Origin: Cyanophora paradoxa CCMP329
Taxonomy: Eukaryota > Plantae > Glaucophyta
Assembly: GCA_004431415.1 (NCBI GenBank)
Contig: QPMI01000395.1
Span: forward strand, 248,001-312,000
Reading direction: 5' to 3'
DNA length: 64,000 nt
The first letter of the stretch is position 1, and each line of letters begins with the position of its first letter. Under the pieces are notes generated by a model. It was not told the DNA's origin and made no database searches. It saw only the letters and a program-made list of their open reading frames with translations. Below, one piece after another: positions 53,859-64,000 of the stretch. Made by a program: the position numbers and the translations under genes.

Positions 53859-55733
53859 ACAAGATCCGTGCTCCTGCGGAGCACTAAGTACGGCGAAGCC
53901 TCGCGGACGCCCTCGCGGCTGTCACAGTAGGCCTACAGGGCACTCACCGACTGCCAGGCTGGCCAGCGGCCTGGCCGATCGCGAACAGCTTTCTGGCTGG
54001 AAGCTGGCTGGCTGACGGCCAGTCCAGCTAGCGCTGGCCGGCTAGAGGAATATTAATGTACTGAGGAAATAAAGGGTGGAGCAGATTGAGAGGAGATTAA
54101 TAATATAATATTGTTGGGAAGGAGGCCCGGGAGGGGCGAGGTTCTCGCGGCCAGGCGCATGCACAGATCTCGCGAATCGCTTAAACAGAATCTCGAATTC
54201 GAATTCATATAGCATCGATGTGTAGGGCTGCGGAGGCGAGGGCGCGCGGAAAGATGTGCAGGCGTGGCCAGGATCGAATTTTTGCGTCGGCTGGATTGCC
54301 GCGCCCTGTTGCGTCCGCAGAGCTTGCGAAAGGCTTTTAAAACATCTCTGATGAATATTGTAGCGATGCCCGTGCGTGAGGATGCGAGGGCGCGCGGAAA
54401 GATGTGCAGGTCTGTCCAGGATCGAATTTTCGGGGTCGGCTGGGTCCCGCGGCCCGGCGCATCCGTAAAGCGAGCGGAAGGCTTCTTCTACATCTCAAAT
54501 GCTTATGCTATTGTTCCGCGCATGCACCGCGGCGTGGGCGCGCGGAAAGATGTCCGGGTCCGTGCAGGATCGAATTTTTGCTGCCGGCTGGGTTCTCGTG
54601 CTCTTTCGCGTCTTCGAAGCTTGTGGAAGGCTTTGATAAAATCCCAAATGAATATAGTAGCGATGTGCTTGCGTGAGGATGCGAGGGCGCGCGGAAAGAC
54701 GTGCAGGTCCGTGAAGGATCGAATTTTCGGGTCGGCTGGGTCCTCGCGGCCCGGCGCATCCGTAAACCGTGCGGAATGCTTTGTCTACATCTCAAATGCT
54801 TATGCTATTGTTCCGCGCATGCGCCGCGGCGTGGGCGCGCGGAAAGATGTCCGGGTCCGTGCAGGATCGAATTTTTGCCGTCCGCTGGGTTCTCGTGCTC
54901 TTTCGCGTCTTCGAAGCTTGTGGAAGGCTTTGATAAAATCTGAAATGAATATTGTAGCGATGCGCATGCGCGAGAATGCGAGGGCGCGCGGAAAGATGTT
55001 CAGGTCCGTCCAGGATCGAATTTTCGGGGTCGGCTGGGTCCTCGCGGCCTGGTGCATTTAGAGACCGTGCGGAAGTCTTCTTCTACATCTCAAATGCTTA
55101 TGCTATCGTTCCGCGCGTGCGCCGCGGCGTGGGCGCGCGGAAAGATGTCCGGGCCCGTGTGGGATCGAATTTTTGCCGTCGGTACCTTCCTGCGCTGTTC
55201 CGGCTCCGAAAAGCGGATTTCGGGGCGCGCAGGCCCTGCTATGTCTATACGCGCCAGTACGCATCGATTGCGCGCATCGCGGGACCGGCCGGAACCGGGA
55301 GGATCACCGAAATCGAGCTTGCGGCGATGCGCTCGCCCTCGCCCGTCATTCTGTATCGTTCTGGGGCGTCCCTGGCGCGATTTCGTCGCGGGACCGGGCG
55401 GGACCGGGTCCCACCTTCTGACTCGGACTGTGTTTGTCGGGGTTAAGTTCCGGAATTGATCCAGAGGGAAATTCGATGTTCGCGCGACGTCCACGGGGGA
55501 GCGGTCGTCTTAGGGGAGCCAGGACGCTAAAAATGGATCTAGAGGGGTCTGTGGCGGTTCGGGCAACTGTGTAATGTCCATCAATCGCGTCCGTGTCGAG
55601 GCAGAATTAATAATTCTGCCTCGAGGGAGTGTGACACGGAAATTATTTAGCAGGGGGGATCTCGAGTGGAAAAAAAGGTTAAAAAAGGAATTTCGCTCGG
55701 CGGTTTTTGGGTTTGAGAAAGAGGCTTCGCCTG
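53859..55733. mobile_element. Helentron/Helitron2-like non-autonomous element with internal satellite (second copy 57276-59147)
   Basis: ACAAGA start, hairpin gtgctcc-tgc-ggagcac, asymmetric subterminal IR ggcgaagcctc (53892-53902) / gaggcttcgcc (55721-55731), terminal hairpin aggc-ttc-gcct, AT-rich flanks. Confidence 0.5.
54225..55190. repeat. ~148-bp satellite, about 6.5 monomers in alternating A/B higher-order dimers (copy at 57640-58600)
   Basis: The anchor gcgcgcggaaaga(t/c)gt recurs near 54243, 54390, 54538, 54687, 54835, 54984 and 55134. Alternate monomers resemble each other more than adjacent ones. Confidence 0.9.
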
Positions 55734-58700
55734 ATATATACGTTAGATATATACAATATAACCAGATAATAAATAAATTAAACAAGTTATAATAACCATG
55801 TATACTGTACCCTCCTCCAGCGAACGACCGTGTAGAACAGTCGTTCGACGTGGACCGGTACCCGTTTCGAGCTCCCTCCTCCCTGAAGGTTTTTTAAACG
55901 ACCAGTGATAGCTATAGAATTATATATAAGTCTGCGCCAGGGTACGTAGGCCTGCCTGCGGCTGGCCTGCTAGCTTTGTAGCGGCTACTACCGGCTAGCT
56001 ATATAGCCTTCAAGCTCAATCAACTTATGTACCCGGTAACTTCCAAAGGTTCGAAAAAATTCGGTGAGCCGAACCTGTTGGCCAGCAATTGCTATCATAG
56101 TATAGAATTATAAGGCTGCGCCAGGGTAGGCCTGCCTGCCGCAGTGCGGCTGGCCTGCCAGCTTTCTAGCGGCTAGCGATATAGCCTGCTAGCTCTATAG
56201 CCTTCAAGCCGGCGCCACCCCAGTGACCCGAGGCTGCACTGCCCCAAGGGCAGGAATGTTTTACGGTCCGTAGACTCCGTACGTATATACCGGTACTACT
56301 ACCGTACTAGAACTATTGCTGTACTTTCGAATGAGCGGCGTCCAGCCGTCGACGTCATCGCGTCACCGTCCAGCGTCACCGTCCAGAAATCGGCAAGCTA
56401 GAAAGGGTTGCCAAGTTGAATGAAGTTTTCATTGAGCTCGTTACCTCTGTACCCCAGTTCTTGAGGTGACATCACGGACATGACAGTTCAAGGGTCTCGG
56501 AGAGTTACGTTTACATGTGCACGTGTACCGTATAGTACGTACACGATACTACGATATACCCCGGGTACGTAGAGATCTCGCCGCCGGGCGTGGACGTGGT
56601 CCAGTCTAAGAGCCTTCTCATCGCCGGGGCGATTGCTTGGCCGAGTACCGGGTACGCGCAGGCAATCGCCGACATGAACCGAGTTCGAGCGGACGCGATG
56701 ACGGCGATCGCTGTGAAAAAAGGATCTTGCGCGTGCGGAAGTACCCCCTGCGGGAAGCTTGCGGGGGAGCTCCACGCGCGAGCGAGCGTCGCGCGTAGAC
56801 CTTCTGAAGCGATCGCGCGCGTCGCGGAGGCCCTCGCAGCGGCCTGGGCCGAGAGCGCCGGGAGCCCGGGGTACGGCCTCAATGGTACTAAACCGACCAA
56901 ACTCCGGGATTACTAATTATAATTATTTTGGGGTATTAAATATTACCCGAATATTACAGTGGGAGTCGGGCTTATCGATATCCGTAGTGGATCCGGACGG
57001 ACCGTCAGCCTCGGGTCACCTGGTCGGTGGGTGACCAAGAGGCTTCTCTTTTCACGGTCATGTTGTCTGTCGCCGGTTAACAATGCTTCATTATCAATCG
57101 CAATCGCAACGGTTTGCTTATTTAACAATCGGTCTTCCAAGTCATTGGCAATGGTTTACAATCAATTGTAAATAAATTAAATAACATAATAATTAAAGTA
57201 TTAAACTCTATATATATAGCGTACATATATAATTAATGAAAATTCGCTGAATAACCTTATATAAATTAATTATATACAAGATCCGTGCTCCTGCGGAGCA
57301 CTAAGTACGGCGAAGCCTCGCGGACGCCCTCGCGGCTGTCACAGTAGGCCTACAGGGCACTCACCGACTGCCAGGCTGGCCAGCGGCCTGGCCGATCGCG
57401 AACAGCTTTCTGGCTGGAAGCTGGCTGGCTGACGGCCAGTCCAGCTAGCGCTGGCCGGCTAGAGGAATATTAATGTACTGAGGAAATAAAGGGTGGAGCA
57501 GATTGAGAGGAGATTAATAATATAATATTGTTGGGAAGGAGGCCCGGGAGGGCGAGGTTCTCGCGGCCAGGCGCATGCACAGATCTCGCGAATCGCTTAA
57601 ACAGAATCTCGAATTCGAATTCATATAGCATCGATGTGTAGGGCTGCGGAGGCGAGGGCGCGCGGAAAGATGTGCAGGCGTGGCCAGGATCGAATTTTTG
57701 CGTCGGCTGGATTGCCGCGCCTGTTGCGTCCGCAGAGCTTGCGAAAGGCTTTTAAAACATCTCTGATGAATATTGTAGCGATGCCCGTGCGTGAGGATGC
57801 GAGGGCGCGCGGAAAGATGTGCAGGTCTGTCCAGGATCGAATTTTCGGGGTCGGCTGGGTCCCGCGGCCCGGCGCATCCGTAAAGCGAGCGGAAGGCTTC
57901 TTCTACATCTCAAATGCTTATGCTATTGTTCCGCGCATGCACCGCGGCGTGGGCGCGCGGAAAGATGTCCGGGTCCGTGCAGGATCGAATTTTTGCTGCC
58001 GGCTGGGTTCTCGTGCTCTTTCGCGTCTTCGAAGCTTGTGGAAGGCTTTGATAAAATCCCAAATGAATATAGTAGCGATGTGCTTGCGTGAGGATGCGAG
58101 GGCGCGCGGAAAGACGTGCAGGTCCGTGAAGGATCGAATTTTCGGGGTCGGCTGGGTCCTCGCGGCCGGCGCATCCGTAAACCGTGCGGAATGCTTTGTC
58201 TACATCTCAAATGCTTATGCTATTGTTCCGCGCATGCGCCGCGGCGTGGGCGCGCGGAAAGATGTCCGGGTCCGTGCAGGATCGAATTTTTGCCGTCCGC
58301 TGGGTTCTCGTGCTCTTTCGCGTCTTCGAAGCTTGTGGAAGGCTTTGATAAAATCTGAAATGAATATTGTAGCGATGCGCATGCGCGAGAATGCGAGGCG
58401 CGCGAAAGATGTTCAGGTCCGTCCAGGATCGAATTTTCGGGGTCGGCTGGGTCCTCGCGGCCTGGTGCATTTAGAGACCGTGCGGAAGTCTTCTTCTACA
58501 TCTCAAATGCTTATGCTATCGTTCCGCGCGTGCGCCGCGGCGTGGGCGCGCGGAAAGATGTCCGGGCCCGTGTGGGATCGAATTTTTGCCGTCGGGTACC
58601 TTCCTGCGCTGTTCCGGCTCCGAAAAGCGGATTTCGGGGGCGCGCAGGCCCTGCTATGTCTATACGCGCCAGTACGCATCGATTGCGCGCATCGCGGGAC

Positions 58701-60003
58701 CGGCCGGAACCGGGAGGATCACCGAAATCGAGCTTGCGGCGATGCGCTCGCCCTCGCCCGTCATTCTGTATCGTTCTGGGGCGTCCCTGGCGCGATTTCG
58801 TCGCGGGACCGGGCGGGACCGGGTCCCACCTTCTGACTCGGACTGTGTTTGTCGGGGTTAAGTTCCGGAATTGATCCAGAGGGAAATTCGATGTTCGCGC
58901 GACGTCCACGGGGGAGCGGTCGTCTTAGGGGAGCCAGGACGCTAAAAATGGATCTAGAGGGGTCTGTGGCGGTTCGGGCAACTGTGTAATGTCCATCAAT
59001 CGCGTCCGTGTCGAGGCAGAATTAATAATTCTGCCTCGAGGGAGTGTGACACGGAAATTATTTAGCAGGGGGGATCTCGAGTGGAAAAAAAGGTTAAAAA
59101 AGGAATTTCGCTCGGCGGTTTTTGGGTTTGAGAAAGAGGCTTCGCCTGATATATACGTTAGATATATACAATATAACCAGATAATAAATAAATTAAACAA
59201 GTTATAATAACCATGTATACTGTACCCTCCTCCAGCGAACGACCGTGTAGAACAGTCGTTCGACGTGGACCGGTACCCGTTTCGAGCTCCCTCCTCCCTG
59301 AAGGTTTTTTAAACGACCAGTGATAGCTATAGAATTATATATAAGTCTGCGCCAGGGTACGTAGGCCTGCCTGCGGCTGGCCTGCTAGCTTTGTAGCGGC
59401 TACTACCGGCTAGCTATATAGCCTTCAAGCTCAATCAACTTATGTACCCGGTAACTTCCAAAGGTTCGAAAAAATTCGGTGAGCCGAACCTGTTGGCCAG
59501 CAATTGCTATCATAGTATAGAATTATAAGGCTGCGCCAGGGTAGGCCTGCCTGCCGCAGTGCGGCTGGCCTGCCAGCTTTCTAGCGGCTAGCGATATAGC
59601 CTGCTAGCTCTATAGCCTTCAAGCCGGCGCCACCCCAGTGACCCGAGGCTGCACTGCCCAAGGGCAGGAATGTTTTACGGTCCGTAGACTCCGTACGTAT
59701 ATACCGGTACTACTACCGTACTAGAACTATTGCTGTACTTTCGAATGAGCGGCGTCCAGCCGTCGACGTCATCGCGTCACCGTCCAGCGTCACCGTCCAG
59801 AAATCGGCAAGCTAGAAAGGGTTGCCAAGTTGAATGAAGTTTTCATTGAGCTCGTTACCTCTGTACCCCAGTTCTTGAGGTGACATCACGGACATGACAG
59901 TTCAAGGGTCTCGGAGAGTTACGTTTACATGTGCACGTGTACCGTATAGTACGTACACGATACTACGATATACCCCGGGTACGTAGAGATCTCGCCGCCG
60001 GGC

Positions 60004-62200
60004 GTGGACGTGGTCCAGTCTAAGAGCCTTCTCATCGCCGGGGCGATTGCTTGGCCGAGTACCGGGTACGCGCAGGCAATCGCCGACATGAACCGAGTTC
60101 GAGCGGACGCGATGACGGCGATCGCTGTGAAAAAAGGATCTTGCGCGTGCGGAAGTACCCCCTGCGGGAAGCTTGCGGGGGAGCTCCACGCGCGAGCGAG
60201 CGTCGCGCGTAGACCTTCTGAAGCGATCGCGCGCGTCGCGGAGGCCCTCGCAGCGGCCTGGGCCGAGAGCGCCGGGAGCCCGGGGTACGGCCTCAATGGC
60301 AATGAGCACCAGCCAACCTAGGCAAAAGTGCAAGCAGGGGGCCCGCACGGCATTGATACAGCCCTCGCGCATGTTGAAGACTTGATTTGCGCGCAAGTCC
60401 GAGGTCCGCACGCTCCAGCTTCCGATCCCACAGGACCGTTAACGTTGGGGGGTGGGACCGTTGGGGGGATACATACTCAGATTGGCATCGGGCACGATGC
60501 TGCTCGCAGAGCGCTCGTCTACGCTCCTGCAGCAGCTCTTGAGCCGGCACATCGTCGTCGTCCGCGCCAAGCACGCGCAGTTCAGCGCTCAGCCGCCCGC
60601 GCAGAGAGGAACGTCGCCGTACGCTCCGGAGCGCGGCCCGGGTCAGCATGTGCTCTTTCTTTCATCTCTTGAGCAGTCTGGTGCGTCTCGGGCAGCGCCT
60701 CGTCCCCTTTGGCTGCGCTCTAAGCCGCGCACCGAGGTCTCTTCGACGAACTGGGCGCAAGGCTCACTGCCTGGTCGCCGAGTCACCGCAACAACGTCAA
60801 GGCCACCGATACGGGTCGTCGGCTTCTTGATCTTCTGCGGAAAGAGCCCTGGAAGCTCGCGGTTTGGCCTACGTCCGCGTTGCGCACTTCTTTCCAAGGG
60901 CTCTGTGCCCGCTTTTCGCTTGCGCAGTTCAACAGCTGGTCACCGGCGACGACGAACGTGCAGAGGGCGGCGGCTTCGCGGCGGCGGAAGCGGGCGAGCG
61001 ACCTGGCAGCCGTGCCGGTGGCCACGCAGGCGCTGCATGGCGGCCGTGGGCGCGAACCGCTTGCGTACGCGGGTCTACTACTTCTTCTCCTTCGAAGGCT
61101 TAACGGTTCGCCCTTCCTCGCCTCGCCTTGGGGTCGCTTCCGTTCTGACCGTTGTTTCCCTCCTTCTCAAGCTCTCTTTCGGGCGAGATCTTCCGTGCGG
61201 AGCATGCGGGATGCATCATCCTGTGCGGTGAGAAGGCTCTGCAGTTTCTTCTCGGTCAGGTTCGCGCTGCCGTTCTTTTCCGCGATTCCGCCGCCGTACG
61301 CGACACGCAGTCGCAGGCACCTGTGCGCTGGACTGGGCTCATTATGAACATCTGCATCAAAGGCACGACGACGAGCGGCCGCGCGGAGGCGTGGAAGGCG
61401 TTCCGGGCGAGGCGGGACTGGGTAAGCGTCCCCAAGGACGACCGCTTGCAGATCCCAGGCGGGCAAGCACCCGACTACAGCTTCGTGCTCGAGCTTCTGA
61501 CGATCACTGAGAAGGACGCAGTCGTGCGCGTGCTCTGCCTGAGTTTTCCGCACGCGCGCTCGGCCGATTCTCACAGAACGCGTGCAGAAGTGCGGGTTGA
61601 AGGGCCCGCGAGCGACCTCGGACCTCGCTGGTCGCCTGGAGTGGAGTGCACAGGTGCGAAGCGCCCGCTGCGCTGCCTCGCAGGCTGCTTCTGACCCCGC
61701 ACGCGCACGTACGCAGGAGGCTGTCCGGCGCTGCCTCGCGGAGGACGGCGCGGCCAGCGAGGACGTGCAGCGCATCCTCCTAAACTCGCTCACTCTCGAG
61801 AAGAACGTCGAGCAGCTGACGTCGAAGGACCCGCCGCCGCGTCAGCGCGGCATCATCTCGGTGGCCGGCTTTTTGAATTCGCCCGCGGCCTGTGCGTACG
61901 CCTGCTGACTCTGCCTTGCGCAGGTTCTGGCCTGCGTTTGCCTCGCAGAGCGCCTGCCGAGCGCCGCCTTCCCGCGCTGCGCGAACGCGGGCATAGGCTC
62001 TGGCGTCGCACTTCGGCCTGGGACGCCGCCTGGTGTGCAGCTTCTCAATGCGCACGGCTGCGCGTATCTGATTCCCGCTCTGCAGGACGCGATCTCAGCG
62101 GATCTGGGGCGGGTCGCCCCGCCGGCAATCCCGGCGCCGGCGGATCTCGGCGTCCCTTCACCTACGCAAGCGTACGCGCCAGCGCCCCGTAGCCCCTCTT
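60004..62200 (+). pseudogene. Possible degraded multi-exon gene of unknown family
   Basis: Coding-like segments (GLFDELGARLTAW..RRLLDLLRKEPWKLAVW; EAVRRCLAEDG..ILLNSLTLEKNVEQL) separated by GT-AG-like gaps, with in-frame stops. Confidence 0.25.
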
Positions 62201-63671
62201 AAAAGCCCGCCCCCAACTGTTTCTTTACGAATCTTCAGCCTAGCGTTCTCTAAAAAACAATACCAGCATTCTTTCCAATGCGCGCGGCCACTGGCGAGCG
62301 CCCCGGGGAAGGAGCTTTGCATGCGCACGCACACGTATATAGATATACAGGAATCGAACAGATCGAGAGGCGGGCGAGCCTCGGAGCCCGAGCTAGCAAG
62401 CGCCGAGTTTCCGAGCCGCCCGCGCCGTGTCGACGTCGAGCTGGGCGACGAGAGCGGGGCCGCCGGCGGGCGACGAGCGCGGGGCCGCTGGCCGGCGCCG
62501 CGGCCTCCCCGAGCTGCTGATGCTGCTACTGCTGCGAACGCGGGCGCTACGTCGCGTCGCCGCCGCCGCAAGCCGCGCCGCCCCGGCCCCACAGTCGCCT
62601 GGCTGCCCGGAAGCGAGCGCGCATCTGCGAGAAAGCGTGCGTCCGCGCGTACGCGTTCAGGAGCGATTGCCTTGGGACGAGGCGCTTCGCGAACCTGAAG
62701 AGCGCCCCACGGGGCGCGGGAAGCCTCGCCGGGAGCCTTAGAACGAAGCGCGTGCCTGCACTGGCACGTGCCTGCCAGGCGAGTGCGCGTATAAGCACTG
62801 ATTTCCGAAAGCGAGCGGAGCGGCCGCACCGTATTCGAGCTCCCGGCCGCCGCACAGAAGCCTGGGAGCGAGCGCGTGCCTGCGAGACGATCGCTCAAAA
62901 GCGATTCCAGAGAGCGATAGCGAGAGGGCGTCCCTGCGCACCTGAAGCCGGCGCGGGCGACGGTGGGAAGCTGCCACCGCACAGCTGCCACTGAGGCCGA
63001 AAGCGGCCGCCGCACCTGCGAGAGTATGCAGGAGAGACGATAAGAAGCCAAGAAGCCACAAAGCGAAGGCAGGTTTACCTGAAGCGCGGTGGGGTTCAAC
63101 GGACTCAACGCCGTGAGCCTGGCGCGGGCGACGGGCGGCCGCGAAGGTAAGCTAAGCTCTACGCTTCATCTGTAGAGCCCTCTCAGCCGCCCAGCAACCT
63201 CCGAACTCCGCGCCGCGCTAGCTGGACGCTGCCTGGCCCCGGAGTGCTGCTGGCGAAGAGCTCCAGGCATCTGACGACGCTTCTGGTCGAGTAGCTACCG
63301 CCGAGCGCGTGGCGGCTTCTTGGCTGCAAAGGCTCGGTCGCAGCTGCTGCGTCGATTTGGCACTGGTACCCTCCGATCCCCTGCCCCCCCTCCAGCCAGG
63401 CGCGGCCCGGCAGCCCCGATCCGGCGGTGCCTGGCGATCGCCTGATTTCCATTCATAACGAACCGGCGATCGCTTCGCCAATGAGAAGACCGTGACGCGA
63501 TACGTCACCGGCGACCGCAGAAACGAGAACACGCAAGCGATCGCTTTGCGGAGGCTCCTTGTTAGGGCTCGATTCCGATCGGGTACCCTTACTAACCGAG
63601 GCGATCGCTGGAGAAATGAGAAGGCTCTAACCGTCCAGACCGTCCAGTGGAATATAAATGTGCAACTTATA

Positions 63672-64000
63672 TTTTATTTTTGGTGAATTACGTATACCGG
63701 TACCGGCCGCAGCCTCTAGACACCAGCACTGCGGGGGCTGCCCAGGGGGCATATACAACAATTGCAAAGAGAACGACTGAAATAAGAAAACTAAGGCAAG
63801 AGCACTATAGCTAAAAGCAACAAGACAACTTGGCGCTCGAGAGAAGCTTGCCCCGATTCTCCGCTGCAGCTGGCTCCAGCTTGCAATTGAGCGCCGGCCG
63901 CGGGAACGCAACCTTCCCTCAGATCTAGACGACCCCACCTCCTGGCCGCTTGCATCGGCCACCAGGTACTACGGTACCCCATCCCCGAACAACGGGACCG
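63672..64000 (-). mobile_element. 3' end of a diverged relative of the L1/Tx1 LINE, continuing beyond the window
   Basis: The reverse complement carries the same tail atgccccctgggcagcccccgcagtgctggtgtctagag...aattcaccaaaaa, with weaker similarity upstream. Confidence 0.75.

Larger units (their letters stand above)
53589..56236. mobile_element. Candidate non-autonomous TIR element (second copy 57006-59651)
   Basis: Perfect 14-bp inverted repeat CAGCCTCGGGTCAC (53589-53602) / GTGACCCGAGGCTG (56223-56236). No TSD found and no transposase. Confidence 0.4.
53468..60298. repeat. Head-to-tail tandem duplication of a ~3.42-kb unit (53468-56884, 56885-60298)
   Basis: Identical ORF translations recur at an offset of about 3417 bp. 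The copies differ mostly by single-base indels. Confidence 0.95.

Noticed and set aside
54225-58836. CRISPR-like array, or the 265/400-aa repeat ORFs
   Set aside because: Inter-anchor sequences are homologous to each other rather than unique spacers, no cas genes are present, and the frames differ between the two tandem copies.

Overview
Eukaryotic, GC-rich, intron-dense genomic DNA. The threonine dehydratase carries an 'MATAAF' plastid-type presequence, consistent with a glaucophyte-like alga (inference). Genes were reconstructed by hand across GT/GC-AG introns: the 3' half of a PIWI-clade Argonaute lacking the slicer tetrad (1-1730); a head-to-head pair of paralogous atypical homeobox genes (2208-3706 minus, 5476-7114 plus) flanking a scrambled copy of the lysyl-tRNA synthetase 3' end; a small MGxxxS protein; cytosolic LysRS head-to-head with a four-CX9C protein; threonine dehydratase; a coiled-coil protein; and a ~13.4-kb Cys-rich repeat membrane protein. 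Mobile and repeat DNA: a full-length L1/Tx1-type LINE (44809-52601), a 5'-truncated copy and a diverged relative, two tRNA-derived SINE-like elements, orphan gene fragments (AbfB-like, LRR-like), a GC minisatellite, and a 3.4-kb tandem duplication holding a CAG-TIR element with a nested Helentron-like element that carries a ~148-bp satellite. Duplicated non-coding blocks repeatedly differ by short palindromic insertions. Exon boundaries are manual estimates, and most long ORFs in the track are GC-rich shadow frames.
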